A stretch of 32,000 nucleotides of DNA from contig JBFWNL010000004.1 of assembly GCA_050251055.1 (NCBI GenBank), positions 13,863 through 45,862 of the forward strand, in the 5' to 3' direction. The position numbers and the translations under genes are program-made. This DNA is from Bacteriovoracia bacterium (GTDB lineage Bacteria > Bdellovibrionota > UBA1018 > JBFWNL01). This document shows, piece after piece, positions 13,814 to 20,936 of the stretch. Within the stretch, counting starts at the first letter, position 1. The number at the start of each line of letters is the position of its first letter. The notes below the pieces were generated by a model that saw nothing but the letters and a program-made list of their open reading frames with translations, ran no database searches and was not told where the DNA came from.

Positions 13814-16236
13814 TGAATATGGTGAAGCATTCCTTCAACTACCGCCAAATCATTCTCTGGGGGCTGACCCTTTATCTCACGCTCGCCACGCCGTTCGCCT
13901 TCGGCAGCAGCTATCAGGACTACGAGCGCGTGAAACGCGCTTCCGAAACCCAAGTGCGCAACATCGTGCAGCCGCTCGTTTCTAAATACTGCCAAGACCA
14001 ATGCGAGCTCTTGAACGTCGAGGCGGAAGTAAAGACGGATGATCCGGCGGCGATCGCCCCGGGGTTCGAGGACACGGACACCGCTGGCGGCTTACGCCTG
14101 GTGCCGGCGGTCGTGCGGGTGAAGCTCTTGATCGACGAGATGGTCGGCCCCAACCTGCGCCGTAACCTCATTGACCTCATCCATAAGCACCTCAACGCGA
14201 TGGAATATCCGGTGGCGATCGACACTACGCTCACGCGCTTCCCGCAACCCTTGAACTCCGCACGCAAGGTCGCTGAGCTGCGGGACAAGGTCACGAAACA
14301 ATTCAAAGAAACGCTGGGCCAGCTTTTCAACCAATTCTGTCCTGAGCAATGCCTCCTGGCCGACTATGACATTAAGGTCGAACCGGTTAACTTAGAGGAA
14401 ACGCAGTACGGTTCCTCGGGCGAATACGTGCAGGACGGCGACACCGCGATCCGCGTGAAGAAAGTGACCGGCACGGTGCTCCTCGACACGACGCTCACGC
14501 CCGACGAGCAAAACAACATCATTGAAATGACGAAGCTCAAGACGAGCTACCTCAAGAACGTCGAGCTCATGGCCCAAACCATGACGTTTCCGCATCCACT
14601 ACCGTTCGAAGGCGACGGAAAGCTGGGCGTGGGTCGCGGAGGGCTGGCGGGCCGCGGGGGCAAGAGCCTCTCGGAATCGCGCTCGCTCGCCTCCAACAGC
14701 GACTCCAAGTCGACCTTAAGCAAGCTCGATAAGCAAAATTCCACCAGCAACAGCACGAATAGCAACAACAGCACCAACAGCAGCTCGAACAACGTCAACA
14801 GCAAGGACGCGATCGAGAAAAATGAAAACGCCACGAAGAACGAAAAGTTCGAGCGCTACGAGAAGATCGAGCGCGTGGAAGACGGCGATGCCGTTCAAGA
14901 ACAGCTCAAACGATACGGCCTAATCGCCCTGGTTTTCGGCTGTTCCGTGGTGGCGCTCATGGTGCTCATGTGGATCGCGCTGGCGCGTCGCAACGACCGC
15001 GGTCGCGCGGGCGGACTGCCGCGCTTTATCCAGGGGATCACCCCCGAGTTCCTGCAGCCCAAGGCGCCCGCCGCCGGCGATGGCGGCGTCGGATCCGGTC
15101 GTGGCGAGCTCATCGCCAAGCGGTACGAGATCGAGCAGCTTTGCGAAGAGCTTACCAAGGTGTTTGCCGAGCAGCCCAAGGTGGCCAAACACGTCTTTAC
15201 CCGCATCCTGACCGAAGAGGGCGTCGAAATCACCGCCGACTACCTCGCGATCTTTGGCGAAACGATCGTCATGGACATGTTGCGCGATCCGAACCTACAG
15301 CGTGACTTGACCGAACTGATGGAGTTCTTCGCGAAGAATCAGATTGAGCTCAACGACGACGAGAAACTCGATCGCTTAAAACGGTTGCACAACCGCACGG
15401 TCGCTTCGAAGCTGATCGTGATGGGCAAACGTACGTCCAACTCGTTCGAGTTCCTGTTCGACATGGACAGCCTGCAGGTGTTGGAGCTGATCAAGAACGA
15501 ATCCGTCACCGTGAAGGCGATCGTCATCACGCAATGCGACCCGCAGAAGCGCACGGCTATCTTCAACCATCTGGACGAGCCGACGCGCATGAAGCTCCTG
15601 AACGAACTCTCGCGTATCGACTACCTGCCGCGCGACTACATCTTCAACGTGGCCAACGCTCTCAAGCGCAAGCGTCAGGACAACCCGAAGCTCAACACGG
15701 AAGCCCTGCCGGGATCCGACGTGCTGGTCGGATTGCTCGAACGCACGCCCTTCGATATTCAACGCAATGTCGTGCAACAGCTCGAAGCCACCAACCCCGA
15801 CAACGCCCGGGCGGTCAAGAGCAAGCTCGTCAGCATCGACACGCTCACGTATCTACGCGATGCCCAGCTGCTCGAGATGGTCATGGGCCTGAAGCATGAC
15901 GAGCTCCTGCAGTTCCTGAAAGGCGCGCCGAAGCATATCTGCGACACGATCTACCGCAAGGCTCCGAAGGAGCTCGTCGAAGAACTCAACGAAGAGTTGG
16001 GATCGGTGTCCGAAGTGGGACGCGATGCCTACCAGACCATCGAGCGTAAGCTCATCAATCGCATCAAAGTCATGGCCAACGAGGGCCACATCAACCTCGT
16101 GGAAACCAACGAGCGGATGTTCACCGATCGGCAAAGCAACGTCGAGGCGATCACCCGCGGCGGCCAGGGCGGCGACGGCAACACCGGTGGCATGACGGGC
16201 ACGGGCGGGCAGTTCAAGAAAGTGGCGGGTTGGTGA
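13813..16236 (+). CDS. Bitopic membrane protein: SctJ/FliF-like periplasmic module (two RBM-like repeats) fused through a TM helix to a full-length FliG-like cytoplasmic module
   Basis: 807 aa. Features in order:
- N-terminal hydrophobic segment IILWGLTLYLTLATPFAFG.
- Residues ~45-265: two tandem repeats.
- N/S/T-rich linker.
- TM LIALVFGCSVVALMVLMWIALA (residues ~369-391).
- The cytoplasmic ~400 aa align by eye with FliG.

SFEFLFDMDSLQVLELIKNESVTVKAIVITQCDPQKRTAIFNHLDEPTRMKLLNELSRI matches FliG_M 'PFsFv...dp.ql..fl..EHPQtiAvvLsyLdP..aa.il..Lpe..q.ev..Ria'. LTYLRDAQLLEMVMGLKHDELLQFLKGAPKHICDTIYRKAPKELVEELNEELGSVSEVGRDAYQTIERKLINRIKVMANEGHINL matches FliG_C 'FeDi..Ldd..iq.vLrevd...La.ALKGAs.elkekif.NMSkRAa..lk.ELe.mGPVr..dVeeAQ..Ii.i.rrLeeaGeI'. 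Confidence 0.7.
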   Translation: MNMVKHSFNYRQIILWGLTLYLTLATPFAFGSSYQDYERVKRASETQVRNIVQPLVSKYCQDQCELLNVEAEVKTDDPAAIAPGFEDTDTAGGLRLVPAVVRVKLLIDEMVGPNLRRNLIDLIHKHLNAMEYPVAIDTTLTRFPQPLNSARKVAELRDKVTKQFKETLGQLFNQFCPEQCLLADYDIKVEPVNLEETQYGSSGEYVQDGDTAIRVKKVTGTVLLDTTLTPDEQNNIIEMTKLKTSYLKNVELMAQTMTFPHPLPFEGDGKLGVGRGGLAGRGGKSLSESRSLASNSDSKSTLSKLDKQNSTSNSTNSNNSTNSSSNNVNSKDAIEKNENATKNEKFERYEKIERVEDGDAVQEQLKRYGLIALVFGCSVVALMVLMWIALARRNDRGRAGGLPRFIQGITPEFLQPKAPAAGDGGVGSGRGELIAKRYEIEQLCEELTKVFAEQPKVAKHVFTRILTEEGVEITADYLAIFGETIVMDMLRDPNLQRDLTELMEFFAKNQIELNDDEKLDRLKRLHNRTVASKLIVMGKRTSNSFEFLFDMDSLQVLELIKNESVTVKAIVITQCDPQKRTAIFNHLDEPTRMKLLNELSRIDYLPRDYIFNVANALKRKRQDNPKLNTEALPGSDVLVGLLERTPFDIQRNVVQQLEATNPDNARAVKSKLVSIDTLTYLRDAQLLEMVMGLKHDELLQFLKGAPKHICDTIYRKAPKELVEELNEELGSVSEVGRDAYQTIERKLINRIKVMANEGHINLVETNERMFTDRQSNVEAITRGGQGGDGNTGGMTGTGGQFKKVAGW

Positions 16237-16751
16237 TGATCGAAATAACGCCTACCGTCGAGTTATTGAAAGAGATCAATCTGTTCGCCTCGTTCAATGA
16301 GCACGAGCTGAACGAGATCTTGCGTACCGGTGAATCAAAGGTATTCGAGGCCTATAGCAACGTGGTCATCGAAGGCGAGCTGAGCTGGGGGCTTTACATT
16401 ATTTTGGAAGGCACGGTCGGCATCTTCAAGAATAGCGCGACCGCGAAGGATATTACCTACGATATCGGCCAGCTAAAGAAAGGCAGCTTCTTCGGGGAGA
16501 TGTCGCTCGTCGACGAGAATCCGCGCTCGGCCACCGTTCGCGCGCTTACCGAATGTCAGCTTTTTTTCATCTCCAAGGAAAGCTTCTCCGCCTTCCTGGA
16601 CCGGTCCGGCGACGGAAAAAACCGGTTTTACGAACGATGCGTGAAAATCCTGGTTGGCCGTTTGCGCGAGCTGAACGACAACTACGTCATCAGCCAGTAC
16701 CAGCTGTGGAAGACCGCGCTGGAGAAAGATAAAGAAGAGGAAGTAGCCTAA
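16236..16751 (+). CDS. Stand-alone cyclic-nucleotide-binding (CAP/PKA-type cNMP) domain protein
   Basis: About 171 aa. It reads LFASFNEHELNEIL...VVIEGELSWGLYIILEGTVGIF...GSFFGEMSLVDENPRSATVRALTECQLFFISKESF, with the phosphate-binding cassette FGE...PRSAT.RA. No HTH or other output domain is present. The track starts at TTG 16230. I prefer ATG 16236, which overlaps the upstream stop (TGATG 16234-16238) like the neighbouring junctions. Confidence 0.85.
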   Translation: MIEITPTVELLKEINLFASFNEHELNEILRTGESKVFEAYSNVVIEGELSWGLYIILEGTVGIFKNSATAKDITYDIGQLKKGSFFGEMSLVDENPRSATVRALTECQLFFISKESFSAFLDRSGDGKNRFYERCVKILVGRLRELNDNYVISQYQLWKTALEKDKEEEVA

Positions 16752-17536
16752 TGAATATCTCATCTTTATTCGGCGTATTGTTGGGTATCGGGGTCGTCTA
16801 CTCATCGCTCCACGAGAGCGGCATGGACATGATCTTCTTCCTGAACTTTCACGGGGTGGTCATCGTTTGCGGCGGCACCCTTGCCGCTGCCAGCATCAGC
16901 TTTCCCATGACGAAGATCGTCTCGCTATTGAAAGTATTTTTCCTGCGCGTGCTGGGCCGCAACCGGATTGACTACCAAGGCACGATCGAACAGATCTTGG
17001 ATTTGAATAAAAAAGTTAGCATCGGTAGTGCCGCGTTGAAGGACGTAATTCAGACCATCAAGCACCCTTTCTTAAAGGAAGCCGTGGGCCTGGTCGCCAC
17101 CGGCGTGCTCACCGAGCGCGAAATTCGCACCGTGCTCGAGCAGCGCATTAAAACGATGGAATCGCGCTACTTGCACGAAGCCAACATGTTCAAGGCCATC
17201 GGCAAGTTTCCGCCGGCCTTCGGGCTGCTCGCCACCACGCTCGGCATGATCGCGCTTTTGCAGCAGATGGGAAAACCGGGCAGCGAAAAGCTCATCGGAC
17301 CGGCCATGTCCATCGGGTTGATCGGCACCCTATACGGGATCGCGCTCACGAACCTAGTCTTTCTCCCGATCGCGGAAAACCTCACCGAACGCACCGAGGA
17401 AGAAATGGTGCTGCGCCGGATGATCGTCGAAGGGGCCGTGCTGCTCAAAGCCCAAACCAATCCGTTGGCCCTGCGCGAAAACCTCAACTCGTTCCTGGCT
17501 CCAAAGGACCGGGTTACCCGCAAGTCAGCGGCCTAA
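16751..17536 (+). CDS. motA: MotA/PomA-family stator channel protein
   Basis: 261 aa with four predicted TM segments. The long cytoplasmic loop between TM2 and TM3 contains the MotA-type block HPFLKEAVGLVATGVLTEREIRTVLEQRI. Conserved features are FPPAFGLLATTLGM (TM3 Pro) and GTLYGIALTNLVFLPIAENL (TM4). TAATG start/stop overlap at 16749-16753. Confidence 0.85.
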   Translation: MNISSLFGVLLGIGVVYSSLHESGMDMIFFLNFHGVVIVCGGTLAAASISFPMTKIVSLLKVFFLRVLGRNRIDYQGTIEQILDLNKKVSIGSAALKDVIQTIKHPFLKEAVGLVATGVLTEREIRTVLEQRIKTMESRYLHEANMFKAIGKFPPAFGLLATTLGMIALLQQMGKPGSEKLIGPAMSIGLIGTLYGIALTNLVFLPIAENLTERTEEEMVLRRMIVEGAVLLKAQTNPLALRENLNSFLAPKDRVTRKSAA

Positions 17537-17554
17537 GGGGCATAAGGAGCAGCG

Positions 17555-18370
17555 ATGGCCGTTAACGATTTCCTGAAAGCCGCCAAGCAGATTCAGGAAG
17601 AAGAAAAAAAGAAACAAGATCCGCCCAAAAAAGGGGGCCACGACGACGAGTCGAACTGGCTGATTTCCTACGCGGACATGATGACCTTGCTTTGCGGATT
17701 CTTCATCATGCTTTTCAGCATGTCTAGCCTAAGCAAACCGAAATACGAGGCCGCCGCGAAGGAGATTTCGGAGCACTTCGGCGCGGTGAAGCAGGACGAA
17801 GTGCCGAATCCAGAGCTCGTGAACGAGATGAAAAAAGTCATCCACGAATCCCATCTAGACAAGGAGGTGAAAGTCACCTCCACCCAAGAGGGGGTCACGA
17901 TCGTATTCGCTTCTACCGTGCTCTTTAACTCGATGAGCTCTTACATCCGCGAGGACGGGCGCACGGTGCTGAATCAGCTCATCGGCACGATCAAAGGGCA
18001 GCAAGAAAAGGGCGATGAACGTTTTAAGATCGTAGTGGAAGGCCATACCGACGCGCAACCCATCTTGAGCGGAATCTATCCGTCTAACTGGGAGCTTTCT
18101 AGCGCACGCGCCACGAAGGTGGTCCGCATGTTTCATGACGAAGGCTTCGATCCCGCTCGCCTCATGGCGATCGGCTACGCCGACTCGCGTCCCGAAGCTA
18201 AGAACCGCACGCTGGCGGGCGCCTGGGACGAAGAAGCTCTGAAAAAAAACCGCCGCGTCGTCATCCACGTTTTCGATCCCAGCGTCGACTCCATTCCTTG
18301 GCGCGAAAAAACCGCCGCCCCGCCGCCGCGCGCCGCTGCATCTTCTGGCCCGGCAGAATCTGCCCATTGA
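17555..18370 (+). CDS. motB: MotB-family stator protein with OmpA-like peptidoglycan-binding domain
   Basis: 271 aa. NWLISYADMMTLLCGFFIMLFSM is the MotB plug/TM with the conserved Asp. The C-terminal VEGHTDAQPI...YPSNWELSSARATKVVRMF...GYADSRP is the OmpA/MotB PG-binding motif. AAGGAG lies 7 nt upstream of the ATG. Confidence 0.9.
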   Translation: MAVNDFLKAAKQIQEEEKKKQDPPKKGGHDDESNWLISYADMMTLLCGFFIMLFSMSSLSKPKYEAAAKEISEHFGAVKQDEVPNPELVNEMKKVIHESHLDKEVKVTSTQEGVTIVFASTVLFNSMSSYIREDGRTVLNQLIGTIKGQQEKGDERFKIVVEGHTDAQPILSGIYPSNWELSSARATKVVRMFHDEGFDPARLMAIGYADSRPEAKNRTLAGAWDEEALKKNRRVVIHVFDPSVDSIPWREKTAAPPPRAAASSGPAESAH

Positions 18371-18417
18371 ACTAACCCAGTCCCCCTGGAAATCTAGACA
18401 GTGGGAGACTGAAAAAT

Positions 18418-19452
18418 ATGCGTTGGAATTGCCCTCACTGTGGAACCACGTTGACCGTATCGGACGATAAGGTAGGCGAGAACTGGTCGTTTTCACGTTG
18501 CTACTCTTGCCAAGGCTTCGCGCTGGTGAGGAAATCGCAGGTCAGCATCATTAAAGTTCATCAACCTCCCTCCGGCGAGCAGTACATCGTCACCACTCAT
18601 CAGCAGGAGCAGGCTTCCGCGACCCACTCCCAAACGCATCACGACGCACGCCCCGCCGCCCGCCCCGTCGTGCGACCCGTGGTTCGCCAACCGGCGGCCC
18701 TGCCCCCGCCGATCGAAGTCGCGCCCGTCATGCACCAGGCTCCTTCTATGCATATGGCCGTTCCCCTGGCGGCCCCGACTGCTCCCAGCCCTACGAAAAC
18801 GCAGATGTTCACCATATCCGATGGCACGGGCGCCGAGACGATCACCGTCGCCGCGACTACCTCTAGTCCACGCCGAAAAATGCCGGCCGCGCTCGTACCC
18901 ATTGGTATCGGGCTTGCGGGCGCTATCGCCATATCGTCGGGAGTTTATCTCTATCAGCAAGGCCAGGCCTTGTTTCAACTGGCGCAAAAACCGATCGCAG
19001 CGGAATCCCCCACGGAAATGCAGGTGGCGCGATTGCAAGCCCCCCCCTCGCTCGATCGCATCCCGCAAAGCGCGATGGCGCCCGAGCGCGTGACCGAAAT
19101 CCGCAGCCTGCCTAAAATCGAGCGCATCGATCCTCCCGAAGTCCGTCCGGCGGCCCCGATCGCGATCACCAAGCGCGTAGAAGAAAAGCGAGAGGAGTCG
19201 GACGACACCCCGGCCATCGAGCCGCGCCCCACCGCGGTGCAGGTCAAAAACAGTTACGCGAATCTCCGCGCCGGCCCTAGCCTCGAGCATCCCATCGTGG
19301 GCGTGGCCGAACCCGGCACGATCTACCTGATCAAGACCTGGGAGGGGCGCTGGTTCAACATCGTGCCCGAAGATCCCGCGCAGGCGGCGCTTCAAAAGAA
19401 ATCGATGTGGGTGCGTAATGACCTGGTGGAGACCCTCGTCTCCACGAATTAA
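18418..19452 (+). CDS. Zinc-ribbon (MJ0042-type) / Pro-Ala-rich linker / TM / SH3b-like domain protein
   Basis: 344 aa. MRWNCPHCGTTLTVSDDKVGENWSFSRCYSCQGFALV is a CPxC...CxxC zinc ribbon. The TM is ALVPIGIGLAGAIAISSGVYLY. The C-terminal VQVKNSYANLRAGPSLEHPIVGVAEPGTIYLIKTWEGRWFNIV...MWVRNDLVE has the bacterial SH3 pattern. GGGAGA lies upstream of the ATG. Confidence 0.7.
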   Translation: MRWNCPHCGTTLTVSDDKVGENWSFSRCYSCQGFALVRKSQVSIIKVHQPPSGEQYIVTTHQQEQASATHSQTHHDARPAARPVVRPVVRQPAALPPPIEVAPVMHQAPSMHMAVPLAAPTAPSPTKTQMFTISDGTGAETITVAATTSSPRRKMPAALVPIGIGLAGAIAISSGVYLYQQGQALFQLAQKPIAAESPTEMQVARLQAPPSLDRIPQSAMAPERVTEIRSLPKIERIDPPEVRPAAPIAITKRVEEKREESDDTPAIEPRPTAVQVKNSYANLRAGPSLEHPIVGVAEPGTIYLIKTWEGRWFNIVPEDPAQAALQKKSMWVRNDLVETLVSTN

Positions 19453-19457
19453 GTCGC

Positions 19458-20936
19458 CTAGCGATCCAACCCGATGGGTTCGCAACGCCAAAGGGTCAGC
19501 GTTTTCGCCGGAAAGTTTAAACGCCGAAACTCACGCGCCAGCCGCGGCTGGCAATTTGCCTCGAGAAACCGGGGCGGCTCCGCGTAACGATTGTCCGCCA
19601 CATAATAAACCGGCTTCAATAGCTTCGGCCATTCGGGGCCCCATCCGCTCACGGCTTCCGTTTCCGGCCACTCGTCACGCTCGCGAGCGGGGCGCGGAAC
19701 GCGGGCGACGCCTTCCACGCGCTTGAGCGCGAAGGCCGCTTGGGCGGCCGTTTGGTACCGGCTCGCTAAGACCACCGGCTCCGTTTCGTCCGGCGCGGCT
19801 TCCGCCAGCATCTCGCCAAAGCCCGCCCAACCGACGAGATCGTTACTGACGTCCCATTTCGGTTCCAGCTCCTTGCCACTGAAAGTGCGCGAACTCCAAG
19901 CCATGAGTGGCAGCTGACAGGAAAGCAAGATAACGACGACCCAGCCCAAACCGTAAGCGGCCTGCAGCCGCGGCCACAGGCCATCGACTTCTGACTTTTC
20001 AGTCATGCGGCCAATGGCTTCCAAGGCGAGCGGCAGCCACGCCGCAAAGATCCAATGCGGTTTAAAATCCGAAAAAAGCGGCTGAATCGCGTAGGCGAGC
20101 AGGGGCGGCAAGGCCCAAGCCCACGCGAAGCGCGAGACGCGCTCACCCGCGCGTGCGCGGCGCAGGCCGCGCAAAAAAAACCAGACCAACGCCGGTCCGA
20201 GCAGCACGAGCTGCAGGATCCAAAAACGCCCGAAGCGCGCCCAGGAAAGCCCCGTCCCACCATGTCGCTCTTTCATTTGATAAGCGAGCGCGGCCCAGTC
20301 GTGGGCGGAATTCCAAAGCACCGTGGGCAAAAGGCCGATCGCCGTAGCCACGAGCATTACTCCCAGCCCTGGCGCGCGGGAGCCGGGACGGGAAAAAATC
20401 AGGGCGCAAAGCACCGCCGACGCGGCCACCGCCCCCCCGGAAAGCTTCGCCCACATCGCGATCACGATCCCCGTCGCCAGCCACCCAAAATGCCACCGAG
20501 ACGACGATCCCGCGGCGATTTCCCAAGCTCCGTTCATCGCCAGCAGGACGCCCGCGAAGAGCGGCAGATCCGGCACCGCCATCCAGGCAAATCCGTAGAG
20601 AAAAGTCGTCCCCAGCCACGCGGCCACCAGCCAGCCCGGCGACACCGGCACGAACGCGCGCAAAATCCAACGCAACCCCAGGAAGAAAATCAGCGCCGCG
20701 TAGACCGCCGACACCAGCCGCACGGAGATTTCGGCCGAAACCAACCGCTCCGCCAACCAAATCGACCAGACGATGGCGGGCGGGTGGTAGGCGAACCCCC
20801 AGTCGGGCCGCTGCGCGAGCACCCAGTAATAAGCTTCGTCGTCTGAGAGCCCGAACGAATTCCCGAAGATGAGGTAGAAACCAAAGACCCCAAGCGTGGA
20901 CCAGGCCAGCCAACGCGGCAGAGGGGCGATGCGCAT
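19458..20936 (-). CDS. ArnT/PMT-like (GT-C fold) polytopic membrane glycosyltransferase
   Basis: 492 aa and multi-TM. The first periplasmic loop has the ArnT/PMT_2-type motif GLSDDEAYYWVLAQRPDWGFAYHPP (DE..YW....G...HPP). Confidence 0.7.
   Translation of the reverse strand: MRIAPLPRWLAWSTLGVFGFYLIFGNSFGLSDDEAYYWVLAQRPDWGFAYHPPAIVWSIWLAERLVSAEISVRLVSAVYAALIFFLGLRWILRAFVPVSPGWLVAAWLGTTFLYGFAWMAVPDLPLFAGVLLAMNGAWEIAAGSSSRWHFGWLATGIVIAMWAKLSGGAVAASAVLCALIFSRPGSRAPGLGVMLVATAIGLLPTVLWNSAHDWAALAYQMKERHGGTGLSWARFGRFWILQLVLLGPALVWFFLRGLRRARAGERVSRFAWAWALPPLLAYAIQPLFSDFKPHWIFAAWLPLALEAIGRMTEKSEVDGLWPRLQAAYGLGWVVVILLSCQLPLMAWSSRTFSGKELEPKWDVSNDLVGWAGFGEMLAEAAPDETEPVVLASRYQTAAQAAFALKRVEGVARVPRPARERDEWPETEAVSGWGPEWPKLLKPVYYVADNRYAEPPRFLEANCQPRLAREFRRLNFPAKTLTLWRCEPIGLDR

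Noticed and set aside
13809-13820. 12-nt exact repeat CCTAATGAATAT at two gene junctions (13809-13820 and 16747-16758)
   Set aside because: 12-mers recur by chance many times in 32 kb. Both copies are simply TAATG stop/start overlaps followed by AAT-AT codons.
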